Source of the DNA: the human T2T-CHM13v2.0 reference genome, Homo sapiens
DNA length: 64,000 nucleotides
Assembly (NCBI RefSeq): GCF_009914755.1
Contig: NC_060926.1
Direction: 5' to 3' (one strand)
The notes under the pieces were generated by a model, which saw only the letters and a program-made list of their open reading frames with translations, was not told the origin of the DNA and did no database searches. The translations under genes were made by a program, and so were the position numbers. Shown piece by piece: positions 13,951-37,600 of this stretch. Positions within the stretch are counted from its first letter, which is position 1. Each line of letters starts with the position of its first letter.

Positions 13951-15982
13951 AAATGACAAAGCTCTGAGTTATCTTTGTCATATTGCTGAAACAACTCTTT
14001 AAGTTAGCATGGCATCATTCCAAGGATTTGTATAGTTATAGTATATATTTTTTAATTATAAAGCCATTTTGGGGGTGTTCTTTAACATCCTAAAGTATGC
14101 TTTCGTTCTTGACTACAAGTTATATGCACTCTTACAGAATTTGGGCTTTGTCTGAACAAAAAGCTTTGCTTGCTAACTATTTGATAATAGAGGAACCGTA
14201 CAGAAGATTCTTGCACTTAAGACTCTATTTCCCATGAGTGTATAATATATAGTATTAAAGGTGTTATAAATACAACTCTCTTTAAAAATCTAATAGATTT
14301 TACAAATTTCTCTTGATACATAATTGGAAGTGTCATTTATCATTATGCCAAAAGAAAGCCAGCACACTCCATGATCAAGGATATTTTTGCAAGTATATTT
14401 GGAAATTTATTTTTTGCATTGTAGGAAAATGCATGGCATTTACACATTCACGAATAGCATACAACCACACTGCCAGAAATCTAAGTAGTTAATATGGCTT
14501 GAAAACAGATTTTGCATATTATATCTATAATTTTGCTAATTCCATCCCAAATAAGGATCAGTATTGCAGCTGAATTTCTGCTTCAGTTCATATTAAGGTG
14601 CTTTTTCCCAGTGTCTGAGCCACTATACCATAATCCTCTGAAGTTGTAAGCATATGTAAAAATTGCAAGGTGGTAGCCAGCAAATGTCCTTAATATCTCT
14701 TCTTCATAGTCATCCTACAAAAATAGGAGTTTTAGGAAATGCTACTGAATTCAATTTTCTTTACATGAGGGACTGTGATTAGTGAGGCACCATGTGCTGA
14801 AATGCTAAGCCTAAATAAATGTTGATGCTAGTGTCTTCCTGGAGGATGTAACAGAAAGAGTATAGTCCAGCCCCTTCCTCCACTCCCTATCAAGAGTTTA
14901 TAGCATCTAATAAATATCACAAGTGTTAGCATTTTCACAATGGAAATTTAAAGATCACATGACAGCTTGAGTCATTTTGTTAATACCTTTATGTGCTCAT
15001 TTTTGTCTGATTATGGCATGATAAAGCTGGCCACCAATCTGGAAAATTCAAGCCAACAGCCAGCTTTTCTGGCAAAGAGATTGGCCTAATCCTCACTTAG
15101 GAACATTTATTTTCAACTCAGCTCATTAGCTTTCCTTTTCCTCCTGAGCTTATCCTTTTGTGTTTTCTTGATCATTGAAATACTTCCCATGGAAATTCAG
15201 ATTTCAGATTGTTCTACACAGAGTTGCAGAAGAAGCAGTGGATCTTTTATCATTTTATTTATTTATTTTATTTTATATTATTATTATACTTTAAGTTTTA
15301 GGGTACATGTGCACAATGTGCAGGTTAGTTACATATGTATACATGTGCCATGTTGGTGTCCTGCACCCATTAACTCGTCATTTAGCATTAGGTATATCTC
15401 CTAAAGCTATCCCTCCCCCCTCCCCCGACCCCACAACAGTCCCCAGAGTGTGATGTTCCCCTTCCTGTGTCCATGTGTTCTCATTGTTCAATTCCCATCT
15501 ATGAGTGAGAATATTCGGTGTTTGGTTTTTTGTTTTTGTGATAGTTTACTGAGAATGATGATTTCCAATTTCATTCATGTCCCTACAAAGGACATGAACT
15601 CATCATTTTTTATGGCTGCATAGTATTCCATGGTGTATATGTGCCACATTTTCTTAATCCAGTCTATCATTGTTGGACATTTGGGTTGGTTCCAAGTCTT
15701 TGCTATTGTGAATAGTGCCGCAATAAACATATGTGTGCATGTGTCTTTATAGCAGCATGATTTATAGTCCTTTGGGTATATACCCAGTAATGGGATGGCT
15801 GGGTCAAACGGTATTTCTAGTTCTAGATCCCTGAGGAATGGCCACACTGACTTCCACAAGGGTTGAACTAGTTTACAGTCCCACCAACAGTGTAAAAGTG
15901 TTCCTATTTCTCCACATCCTCTCCAGCACCTGTTGTTTCCTGACTTTTTAATGATTGCCATTCTAACTGGTGTGAGATGCTA

Positions 15983-17259
<1,277 letters not shown>

Positions 17260-17275
17260 TTATTTCCTTCTCCTA

Positions 17276-19329
<2,054 letters not shown>

Positions 19330-20976
19330 TTATTTTGCTCGTTAGTTGATGCAGTTTCTTCCTAGCTTTGATGGTCTTTACAATTTGGCATGATTTTGCA
19401 GTGGCTGGTACCAGTTGTTCCTTTCCATGTTTAGTGCTACCTTCAGGAGCTCTTTTAGGGCAGGCCTGGTGGTGACAAAATCTCTCAGCATTTGCTTGTC
19501 TGTAAAGTATTTTATTTCTCCTTCACTTATGAAGCTTAGTTTGGCTGGATATGAAATTCTGGGTTGAAAATTCTTTTCTTTAAGAATGTTGAATATTGGC
19601 CCCCACTCTCTTCTGGCTTGTAGAGTTTCTGCTGAGAGATCTGCTGTTAGTCTGATGGGCTTCCCTTTGTGGGTAACCCGACCTTTCTCTCTGGCTGCCC
19701 TTAACATTTTTTCCTTCATTTCAACTTTGGTGAATCTGACAATTATGTGTCTTGGAGTTGCTCTTCTTGAGGAGTCTCTTTGTGGTGTTCTCTGTATTTC
19801 CTGAATCTGAATGTTGGCCTGCCTTGCTAGATTGGGGAAGTTCTCCTGGATAATATCCTGCAGAGTGTTTTCCAACTTGGTTCCATTCTCCCCGTCACTT
19901 TCAGGTACACCAATCAGACGTACATTTGGTCTTTTCACATAGTCCCATATTTCTTGGAGGCTTTGTTCGTTTCTTTTTATTCTTTTTCTTTAAACTTCCC
20001 TTATCGCTTCATTTCATTCATTTCATCTTCCATCACTGACACCCTTTCTTCCAGTTGATCACATCAGCTCCTGAGTCTTCTGCATTCTTCACATAGTTCT
20101 TGAGCATTGGCTTTCAGCTCCATCAGCTCCTTTAAGCACTTCTCTGTATTGGTTATTTTAGTTATCCATTCGTCTAAATTTTTTTCAAAGTTTTCAACTT
20201 CTTTGCCTTTGGTTTGAATTTCTTCCTGTAGCTCCGAGTAGTTTGATCGTCTGAAGCCTTCTTCTCTCAACTCATCAAAATCATTCTCCATCCAGCTTTG
20301 TTCCGTTGCTGGTGAGGAGCTGTGTTCCTTTGGAGGAGGAGAGGCGCTCTGCTTTTCAGAGTTTCCAGTTTTTCTGCTCTGTGTTTTCCCCATCTTTGTG
20401 CTTTTATCTACTTTTGGTCTTTGATGATGGTGATGTACAGATGGGTTTTTGGTGTGGATGTCCTTTCTGTTTGTTAGTTTTCCTTCTAACAGACAGGCCC
20501 CTCACCTGCAGGTCTGTTGGAGTTTGCTAGAGGTCCACTCCAGACCCTGTTTGCCTGGGTACCAGCAGTGGTGGCTGCAGAACAGTGGATTTTCATGAAA
20601 CGCGAATGCTGCTGTCTGATCGTGCCTCTGGAAGTTTTGTCTCAGAGGAGTACCCGGCCGTGTGAGGTGTCAGTCTGCCCCTACTGGGGGGTGCCTCCCA
20701 GTTAGGCTGCTCAGGGGTCAGGGGTCAGGGACCCACTTGAGGAGGCAGTCTGCCCGTTCTCAGATCTCCAGCTGTGTGCTGGGAGAACCACTGCTCTCTT
20801 CAAAGCTGTCAGACAGGGACATTTAAGTCTGCAGAGGTTACTGCTGTCTTTTTGTTTGTCTGTGCCCTGCCCCCAGAGATGGAGCCTACAGAGGCAGGCA
20901 GGCCTCGTTGAGCTGTGGTGGGCTCCACCCAGTTCGAGCTTCCCGGCTGCTTTGTTTACCTAAGCAAGTCTGGGCA

Positions 20977-21336
20977 ATGGCGGGCGCCTCTCCCCCAGCC
21001 TCGCTGCCGCCTTGCAGTTTGATCTCAGACTGCTGTGCTAGCAGTCAGCGAGACTCCGTGGGCGTAGGATGCTCTGAGCCATGTGCGGGATATAATCTCC
21101 TGGTGCTCCGTTTTTTAAGCCCATCGGAAAAGCGCAGCATTGGGGTGGGAGTGACCCGATTTTGCAGGTGCCATCTGTCACCCCTTTCTTTGACTAGGAA
21201 AGGGAACTCCCTGACCCCTCGTGCTTCCCTGACCCCTTGCCTCGCCCTGCTCCTTGCCTCGCCCTGCTTTGGCTCACGTATGGTGCGCTGCACCCACTGT
21301 GCCGCACCCACTGTCTGGCACTCCCTAGTGAGATGA
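20977..21336 (+). CDS. ORF0: L1 antisense ORF0 of L1-A (open, ~119 aa)
   Basis: gcaATGG start; MAGASPPASLPPCSLISDCCASSQRDSVGVG... matches the primate L1 ORF0 N-terminus; expression unknown. Confidence 0.7.
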   Translation: MAGASPPASLPPCSLISDCCASSQRDSVGVGCSEPCAGYNLLVLRFLSPSEKRSIGVGVTRFCRCHLSPLSLTRKGNSLTPRASLTPCLALLLASPCFGSRMVRCTHCAAPTVWHSLVR

Positions 21337-22068
21337 ACCCGATACCTCAGATGGAAATGCAGAAATCGCCCGTCTTCTGCGTCGCTGATGCTGGGAGCTG
21401 TAGGCCGGAGATGTTCCTATTCAGCCATGTTGGCTCCACCCCATTATCATTTTCTTTAATCACTGGGTGAGGCCCCATTTTTCTCCCCCTCTTGATCTAA
21501 TTTGTGTTGTTTTCTCCAAGAGGTGCTTTAAGAGGAACTCTTCTTGATTTCTCATAAAACTCACTCTAACTCGGATATCTGTTAGATGCTTAATAAATAT
21601 TTTGTGATCACTTTGTGACCAATCATTCATTGTCCCAAGGTCAACATATTGCTGCAATCTGGCTTAGGGCAACATGCTTTCATTCCTTTTCAAGTGGTCT
21701 TTAGTTCCTTCCACTGAAATGTGTCTTTTCGAGCTCTGCAATGTTAGGAAGTTACAGAGGTGAGTGATTTGTCAATTTAAAATGCATTTGAGTAATTACT
21801 ATTAGTTTTTGCTTTATGGGTGCTTCCTGATGCATTTCTGCAAGTGAACTTTTCTTTTCCATTCCTCTTTAGGCTCTCCAAACTCACATTACAGCTCCGT
21901 CTCTATAAAACATCGAACTGACCTACTTCTTTTTTTTTTTTTTGCATGTATAAAGGTCTGAGCTTGACTTTAACATAAAGAGTAATAAACTGTCTATAAG
22001 CTGGCTATTTGAGGTAGCCCATGAAATAATTTATTTACCAAATAGATTATATGGCAATATATGACAAC

Positions 22069-22125
22069 TATGACAAATAATTATAGAATGACTTTCTATA
22101 TGACAAATAATTATAGAATGACTTT
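22069..22125 (+). repeat. Tandem duplication with a 30-bp period
   Basis: tatgacaaataattatagaatgacttt occurs twice. Confidence 0.9.
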
Positions 22126-22832
22126 ACCCAACTATAAGCATCAATATTTAACTTAGGTATTTTTGTTCCTAAATCCTGAGAAGGGTGTAGTAAAATAAAA
22201 AGGAAATACAAACTCTCTTAAACTTATCAAGACTGGTAGCTATATACAACGGTATGTATCACTTTTCCTATAAGACAATTTCAAGTCAAAGGTTCACTTC
22301 CTGTTGATCCCAGATTTCTTCTAGTAATCTCCCTTCTGAAAAAGTTACCCACATTTGCAGTTATACCTTTTCAAATGTTGACTTATAAATCAAAGAAACC
22401 AAAATGAATCACAAATACTTGAAGACAGTGAAAACAGCAAAGCAAGAAAATTACTTGATATATGTGGATCTGAGCATCTGAACACTTGAGTTTATGGTTT
22501 CTCAAGCACAGGGAGAGAATATGTCAAACCAGAATCATATTTAGCACTTAGTCTGGAGGGAACTTGCCACAAGGAATGAAGATGTTTTCAGTGTCTCCTG
22601 CAATTCTAGCAAAAGTATTAGGATTACAACTGTCCTCAGACGGATGGACTATTGTTTATTTGGTAGCAGAATATTCACGCAACAGTGCAGTATGATTTCT
22701 GTAAATGAATTTCATTAAGCAGGAAAACCTTAACTCTTGAAAATGTAATTTACAGCTTTAAAAAAAAAACTAATCTCACATTTATTAGGGATTATTAGGA
22801 TACATTTTTTCTGAGTCTAGTCTAAGCCTAGT

Positions 22833-23247
<415 letters not shown>

Positions 23248-23939
23248 TGAAATTTGAGGTAGTGACTATATATTTTTACCCTTGTAGGCATGACCATATC
23301 TGATATTTTTGTAATTCATCACTCTTAGTACATATACAAGAGATGCTTAATAAATACTTTGCGATCACTTTGTGATCAATCATTCGTTGTTGCAAAACAA
23401 ATTAATGTTAGAGCTGAGTATTCCATGTTCCAGTTTAGGGTTTTTGTTAAACCATGGGATCACCAATAAAAATAATTTGCTTATGAAAAAGCAAGTTGTA
23501 TTAACCTGAAGAGTTTGTATGAGAATTGTGAATGTTAACATTTTAAAAACTTTTTAATACCTAAAAATCAACCATCTTTCTGCTAGAATTAAATGTGTCT
23601 CTAAACAGTCTTGGTAGCTTCTATTCAAATGATGGTTTGACTGTTTTCCTGACTCACTTTAATGAGCCTTTGGCTAGAAGTTGGTGAAAAACTATGACAT
23701 CCATTAATTGCTATTGCTGCTTTCTCTATGGATTCTGAAATATGAGTATTAAATTTTGTTATAGTGGAATGTAAGAGATTGGGATTTTAGTCTAAGATAG
23801 TGATTTATATATAATTGGGCCTAAAGACAAAATAAGGTATATTTTTCCAATGATATCTAGTGTAACTGCATTGAAATCTTCAGGAATACTTGACATGTAT
23901 GAATAAAAAAAATCATTATAGGCTCATAGTATCATTTAA

Positions 23940-24340
23940 AACAAATAAGATCATACCATCCCCCTGCATAAAACCTTCTGATGGTTTTCCAAAGGACTTA
24001 GAATAAATTGCAAACTCCTTACCATGGCCTTAGAGGCTCTCTCCTCTCAGTAGGTCTCAGTCAATTGCTCCTCACACATGCACAATCATTCCATTTTAGG
24101 GCCTTTACCCTTGCCCTTCCCTGCCCAGAATCCTCTTCCTCTGCATCCATCCTGCTTACTTTAAATGCTTCAGCTATTAGCTCAAATGCCACCTCCCCAG
24201 AGGGTTCTTCCCAAATCACTCAATCTGAACTTACCCCTTCCCCATTCACACACACACACACTTTACACACTTTCACTCTATTTTATTGCTAACTTTTATA
24301 TGGTATTTATAGTTGTGAGAGAATATCTGTACGTAGTCTA
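23940..24340 (+). mobile_element. L2 fragment (appears to continue at ~30990-31100, after the LTR and L1-B)
   Basis: aaaaccttctgatggttttcc, cagctattagctcaaatgccacctcccc; 3' part atacctaacacagtcttggc at ~31070. Confidence 0.65.
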
Positions 24341-24351
24341 ATATTTCCACC

Positions 24352-24844
24352 TGTGGCAGCTGCCTGTGGGGCCACAGGTGGAAATCTTGTCACATCCCCT
24401 TGGCCTACTATGATTTCCTTGGCCTACTATGATTTCAACTGCAGCTACAACAGACAATTCCCTGAAAACTCAGACTTATCTCCAGAACAGTGACCCTCCT
24501 CGAGCACACTCCACTTCTTATCTTTCTACTTTTTGCTCCAGGACTTTCTCTGGTGCCACAGGGGAGTTGTTGGTCCCAGCACAAGCACAACCAACAGGAG
24601 ATGGGAATAAGTAGATAAATGTTGAGGTTTCCCCATCCTCAGGTGGACAAGGCTGGGAGGACCATTATAGTTTCTTAGGAGATTGCAGCAGATGTCAAGC
24701 TCCTAGTTCCTAGAGCAGCAACCTTAATATTGTCAATTTCCCCCTTTTCAACTCATTCTACTCTTCCTCATCCCCAAATTTATCAATAATCAGTACTTAA
24801 GACTTTTTCTCATGCCCTGCTTATAGGAGAACCTAATTAAGACA
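24352..24844 (+). mobile_element. ERVL-class solo LTR (LTR16-like)
   Basis: TG...CA ends: tgtggcagctgc... to ctgcttataggagaacctaattaagaca; L1-B inserted at its 3' terminus. Confidence 0.6.
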
Positions 24845-24848
24845 TATC

Positions 24849-30979
<6,131 letters not shown>

Positions 30980-31084
30980 AAGACATATCCTATAGAACTA
31001 TAAAATATATAACTCATAACAGCTAGGGATCTTATCTTTTTTTGTAGTTTGCTTTATTTATAAATTTATAATACCTAACACAGT

Positions 31085-31148
31085 CTTGGCTTACAGTGAG
31101 TGTTGTGTGTGTGTGTGTGTGTGTATGTATGCGTATATATATATATTT
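31085..31148 (+). repeat. (TG)n/(TA)n microsatellite
   Basis: Seen directly. Confidence 0.9.
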
Positions 31149-32764
31149 GCGTGTGTGTGTGTGTGTATGCACACTAAAATAGAAAGTAGAGGTTATGAAT
31201 GAGTTCGGGGAGGAAATAAAATGGTATTCAAAAGAAAGGGATGATCAAAGGAAGCAACTGCAGACGTTATAGAATAATATGAGCATAAATAATACTAACT
31301 AACTGAACAGAAAAAAGATGTGAAACAGGCACAGAAATTGCTGAAAAGTTCTAAGTCATTCAATCAAATACAAGAGGGTTCAGGGTTTTAAAAAATCCGA
31401 GAGTCCTTACGAGTTGAGCGTGCTATCAGAGAAGTTAAGTGATGGTATTGTTTCAGCACTAAAAATTTCACTTTCTTAGAATCTCAAAGCTTGATTCATG
31501 TGATAAAATGGGTTGATGTTAAATCCAGAAGTATAATTAATTAAATAGTATTTTTTTAAAAAGATGTGCTGGGACTTCTACTTATGGCAACACCAGAGTA
31601 ACTGGTACCAGACTTGTTCTGCCATTAACAATGAGACAAGTCATCTGAGGCATTATTCTCAGTAATTGGACGCAGGAATGGCAAGGTCGTAAACATTGAG
31701 AGAAGGAAAACACATAAGTTGAGCCTGATATCTGCCTGGGCTTTCTCCCTGAAGACACTTATCATCAACTGACACAAGCTTCTGGAAGCAAAGCAGAGGG
31801 CAGCTTTGCTGAATGAAAGAGGCTGAGGTCAGATTTAGGGGCTGCTGTATTGATGAGAATTAGCAGGAAAGGGTACCAGACAGCTGGGAGCTGCATGGGG
31901 AGGAAGAGTATCCAGGAGAAGCTCCTGAATGGCTGATGGCTGAAAGAAGACACCAGAAGTCATGCAATTAAATTGCAATGCTAGATAATGTTGGAGTTCT
32001 AATCTAGCTATAATGGAGAGATCTCACTGAGTATCTCATATATTCACTTTAAATCCCAAAAGGCCAAACCTTATGGTATACACCATACTCTAGAGTAACA
32101 GCCACATTCTAGGACTAAGGCAAAACCAAAATAGACCCAAACTACCAAAGAAAAAAATCCAGCTTGACATGGTTAAAAGGATCCATAAGTTGCTGGAACA
32201 AATCTGGACCCCCTTAGAAAACATAATCTGGACTCTCAACAACGTATGTAACATAATGTCAACATTCAATAAAAATGTACTAGATAAGTGATGAAGCAAG
32301 AAAATATGACACATTATTAGGGGGGAAAACATGCTGAGATAGCATTGATGTTGGAGTTAGCAGACCTAAAAATGAGAACGTATAAATATGTTCAAAGACC
32401 TAAAGTAAAAGATGAGCATAATAAATAAGTCAATGAGGAATCTGAGCAAGAGATTATCAGATTAGATTTTCCAAAAAGACATCACTCTGTGCTATAAGAA
32501 AGACAATTTAAATATAAAGATATAAATAGGTAGAAAGTAAGAGCATTAAAATATATAACACGCAAATGCTAATCATTAGAAAGCTGTTGTGATTATAGTA
32601 ATAAGAAAAAGTAGACTTCAAGACATAAAGTGGAAATTTCAGCATGAGAAAAGTTCTAGTTTATTAGGAAGATATAACAATTCTAAATACATATGCATCT
32701 AATAACATAACTTAAAAATTATGAAGCAAAAACAGAAATAGGGAAGTAGCCAAATGCAGAACCA

Positions 32765-33128
32765 TAGTCTTAGTCCCTTTGTGCTCCTAAAACAAAATAC
32801 CTGAGACTGGGTAATTTATAAAAAACCAGAAATTTATTTCCTCACAGTTTTGAAGGCTGGGAAGTCTAAGATCAAGGCACCAGCAGATTTGGTAACTGGT
32901 GAGGCTTCCAAGATGGTGCCTTCAATGTTGTGTCCTCAGGTGTCAGAAGAGTGGAAGAGAGCAAATTCACTCCATTGAGCCCTTTTATAAGGACCTTATC
33001 CCCATCTATAATGGCTCTGCCTTAATAACTTAATCATCTCCTATAGGATCCACATCTTAATACTATCACATTGATGACTAAGTTTCAACATATAAATTTG
33101 CAGGGCAGGTAGCATTTAGACCATAGCA
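32765..33128 (-). mobile_element. MaLR LTR (MST-type)
   Basis: tcttagtcc...aaatacctgagactgggtaatttata...aagatcaaggcaccagcag...tttagaccatagca. Confidence 0.85.
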
Positions 33129-33685
33129 ATAATTAAATATTTTAACATTCTTCTCTCAGTGATTGATAAAATTAGACCAAAAAATCAAAAAAAGTTATAG
33201 AAGATCTGAACAACAATATCAACCAATATAACTTAGTAGAAATTTATAGATGAGTACACCAAATAATAGAATACACTTTTTTGTCAAGTATACATTGGAT
33301 ATTCACCAAGATAGGCCATATTTTGGGCTACAAAGTAAATCTCAATACATTTCAAAAGATTGAATTATATAGAGTATGTTGTCTGACTACAATAGAACTG
33401 AATTAGAAATGAGTAGCCAAAGATAATTAGAAAATCACTGAATGGGAATTTAACGACAGACTTCTAAGTAGTCTACTGTTTGAAGAAATTGAAAAATATT
33501 TGGAATTAAAAAGTAATGAAATTAAAATTTGTGGAATTTAGCTAAAATGAGGGATAGAGGAAATTTTATCTTTAAAGACTTCTATTAGAAAAAAGAAATA
33601 TATAAAATTATGATCTAAGTTTCTACCTTATAAACTAGAAATTAATATCAAGTTAAATTTAAGTAGAAATAGGTAAGGACATGCC

Positions 33686-33735
33686 AGCCTGAGTGACAGA
33701 AAGACCTTGTCGCAAAAAAAAAAAAAAAAAAAAAA
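33686..33735 (+). mobile_element. Severely 5'-truncated Alu 3' end with poly-A
   Basis: ccagcctgagtgacagaaagaccttgtcgc followed by an A-run. Confidence 0.75.
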
Positions 33736-34114
33736 GATAAATCTGTGAAAGAGATAATAGATACACAATGGAAAAAACTAACAAAGTCAATAACATTGAG
33801 AAAACACTAGCTAGACAGATTAAGAAAAAAAGAAAAATAACAACCAATAGCAAGAAGGAAACGAGAGACATTCTAGAGTTGCCACTGACATTAGAGGAAC
33901 AAGCAGGGAATGCTATAAACAACTTTATGCTAATACATTTGACAACTTAAGCAAATGAACAAATTCCTTAACACAACTTACAAAAATGGGTACAAGAAGA
34001 AAAAGACTATCTAAAATAGTATTACATCTATTAAAGGAACTGAATTTGTTGTCGAAAACTTTCTCACAAAGAAAATTCCAGACCCAGGTATTTCACTGAT
34101 GAATTCTAAAATCC

Positions 34115-34550
34115 TTTAATGGCAATTCTGAAGCTACAATACTTAAGACAATTTTAGGGACCTGCAACATCAAAATTATGCCTTTTGCACTTTTATTATT
34201 TCATAAGTAAAATTTTCATTGGCTACGTAATTTACAATATTGTCATAGATTGGATACAGAAACAGATGTAAAAATATAGCTGTCTTCTATGACACTACAC
34301 ATTAAAAAGATTGATAAAAATGTAAAACTATGCCTCTCCACAAATTTTTTGAAAAATGTACTTATTTTATGCATATGTTAACATATACTATAATAACTAT
34401 TTTAAATAAAATCAACTTCAAAATTTTTCTGTTTTAAAAAGTTTTTAATATATAGATAAACATAACCCATGTAAGCAAAAGCCCTTTGGAAGCCTAAATA
34501 ATTTTTAAAAATTTAAAGAGGTTGAAGCAAAAATGTTTGCAAACCACTGA
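34115..34550 (+). mobile_element. hAT-Charlie DNA transposon fragment
   Basis: cataacccatgtaagcaaaagccctttgg...aatgtttgcaaaccactg terminal sequence. Confidence 0.6.
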
Positions 34551-34659
34551 TTTAATAAATCTGACTAAGCTTTTTCAGAAAATAGAGGTGGAGGAAAACT
34601 CCCCAACTTGTTCTGGGAGCTCAGCATAATATTGATATCAAAACAAAGTAAACTTGTTA

Positions 34660-37600
34660 CAGAGGGTTTAGAGCCAAGATGGCTGACTAGATGCAGCCAG
34701 GAAGAGCTTCTTCCACTGAGAGAGCAGACTATCAAGAAGATTGGCACACTCTGACCAGATCTTCAGAAGGAAAGCATGAGAGTGAACAGAGGGAGGTCAC
34801 AGAGCCTGGGCTGAAGTGGGAGGAAGCTGGGAACCCTGCATGGGGTTGCTGAGCAACCAGGACTTGTTCCTAGCCCCAAGAGGCTCCTGGTGAAGGGATG
34901 AGTTTAATAGTCATGAAGCGGCCTAGTCTCTGCATGGACCTCTGGAATTCAAGCTGCAGGAGACCCCACTGCCCACATGGACATTTGAGCTGGCAGAAAG
35001 GACTTTCTGGAGAGAGTTGGCAGGGCCAAGACTCCATTCAGTATGGAGCCCAGAGGGTTTGGCACAGTAATGGCTACAGTAGAGCATGGCCAGGGATGCC
35101 CACACTCAAGGCTCCCCATGTTCCTCTAGGTGGCTTTGGCCTTTGTTGATTGTTAGACATGGACAGAACAGGGCTATCTTGCTCATGAGATGAGAACAAT
35201 TTGATCTTAGTAACCCCTTGTCTGCTGATCTCTCCCAGGGTCCCTGCTTGGCCTTACCCACTTGCAGTGCAGCCTCAGGTTCCCAACCAAGGTGCTTCCC
35301 AGCAACCACCATCATAGCTTTTTTGCTGGCAGACCCTTCCTGTCAGAGAGCTTTGGTAGATGGGCCCCCACCAGCTGCATCTACCAGCAGCCTCCCCCCA
35401 CCACTTTACTGGTGCCCACTCGCCCATAATCTCCCTCCACCACTTTGCCAGCACACATATGTGGACCGCAGCACCCTGCTGCTGGCACATGTACACACAC
35501 ATATCCCACTACCCTGCCACCATTTGTGTACATGTGTGGAACCTACTGCCACTGCCTCAGTGAAGTGCTTTTGCTGGAACCCTCCATTGGAGTGTTGTTG
35601 CCAGTGGACCAGGAACACCTCAGCCCCTGCAGTGCCTCAGGTGCTTGACCTCAAGGGGCCAGAGAACAAAGCTGTGGGCCTGGTCCCAGCCCCTCAAGGT
35701 AAGAGCACACAGCCCAGGAGGGCTGAGGTGAGCCGTGGCCTCCTGAAATCATCCAGAAATGAAGCCAGTTGACTAAACTCAACTTATGCCATATTTAAAT
35801 CCTCAAGGTCATCAAAAAATGTAAAAGCAAAAAGCCCCAACCAAAGGATAACAACATCAAAAATTAAAGGAATATCACTCCACACGCACACAAAAGCCAG
35901 CATAAGACTGCTGGCAACTCTGAAGGCCAGAGTGTCTCCTTTCCTCCAAATGACCATATTCACTTTCCAGCAATGGTTTTTAATGATACCAAAATGACAG
36001 ACATAGAATTCACAGTTTGGATGGCAACTAAGATCATTTAGATTCGAGAGAAAGTTGAAACTCAATCCAAGGAATCTGAGGAATCCAGTAAAACCATTCA
36101 AGAGTTGAAAGATGAAATTTTAAGAAGCAAACTAACTGATCTGATGGAGCTGAAAAACTGACTACAAGAATTTCAGAATACAATCGGAAGTATCAACAGC
36201 AGAATAGACCAAACTGAGAAAATCTCAGCTCAAAATCCAGTTCTTTAAATCAACTCAATCACACAAAACTAAAGAAAAAAGAACTCAAAATAATAACCAA
36301 ATCCTACAAGAAAGATGGGATTATTTCTTGTAAAGAGGCCAAACCTGTGACTCATTAGCATCCCTAAAAGGGAGGGAGAGAGAGCAAGCAACTTGTAAAA
36401 CATATTTGAGAATATTGTCCATGAAAATTTCCAAACCTTGCTAGAGAGGTCAACATACAAATCCAGGAAATTCAGAGAACCCCTGTAAAATACAAGACAA
36501 CAATTCACAAGACACACAGTCATCTGATTCCCCAAGGTTAACATGAAAGTAAAAATGTTAAAGACAACTAGAGAGAAGAAGCATGTCACCTACAAAGGGA
36601 TCCCCATCAGGCTAACAGTGGACTTTCAGCTGAAACCTTACAAGCTGGAAAAGATTGGTGGTGCGGGGGCTATATTTAGCATCTTCAAAGAAAATAAATT
36701 CCAATCAAGAATTATATATCCAGCCAAGCTAAGCTTTGTAAGCCAAGGAGAAATAAAATCCTTTCCAGAGAAACACATGCTAAGGGAATTTGTTACCACC
36801 AGACCTGCCTTACAAGAGGTCCTTAAGGGAGTGTTGAACGTGGGAACAAAAGACTGTTACCAGCCACCACAAAAACACACTTAAGTACTTAGACCATTGA
36901 CACTATAAAGCAACTACACAATCAAGTCTATATAAAAACCAGCTAACAACATGATAACAGGGTCAAATCCACACATAAATATTACTGTAAGTGTAAACAG
37001 GCTAAATATCTCACTTAAAAGCCACAAGGTGGGAATTTGGATAAAGAAGCAAGACTCAACTCTATGTATGCTGCCTTCAAGAGACCCATCTCACATGCAA
37101 TGACACCCATTGGCTCAAAGTAAAAGGAAGGAGAAATATCTATCAAACAAACAGAAAACAAAAAAAGAGCAGGGGTTGCTATTCTTATTTTAGACAAAAC
37201 AAACATTAAACCAAGAATAAAAAGGACAAAGAAGGGCATTACAGAATGATAAAGGATTCAATTCAACAAGTCTTACTAATCCTAAATATAAATGCACCCA
37301 ACACTGGAGCACCCAGGTTCATAAAACAAGTTCTTAGAGAACTACAAAGTGACTTAGAAAATCACAAATTAATAGTGGGAGATTTAAACACCCTACTGGC
37401 AGTATTAGATCATTGAGGCAGAAAACTAACAAAGATATTCAGGACCTAAATCAACACTTGAGCAAATAGAGCTAACAGACATCTACAGAATACTCCACCC
37501 AACAACAACAACAGAATATACATACTTCTTATCTGCACATGGCACATACTCTAAAATAGACCACATAGCCATAAAGCAATTTTTTAAAAATTCAAAAAAA

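Larger units (their letters stand above)
31570..34655 (+). mobile_element. Old L1M 5' region to ORF2 (EN to start of RT), interrupted by an MST LTR, an Alu stub and a Charlie fragment
   Basis: Starts ggacttctacttatggc; degenerate ORF2 (aaagtagacttcaag, ggatattcaccaagatagg, aaattccagacccagg). Confidence 0.75.

Noticed and set aside
34898-35772. Cluster of ORFs up to 184 aa
   Set aside because: They lie in the GC-rich 5'UTR of L1-C.
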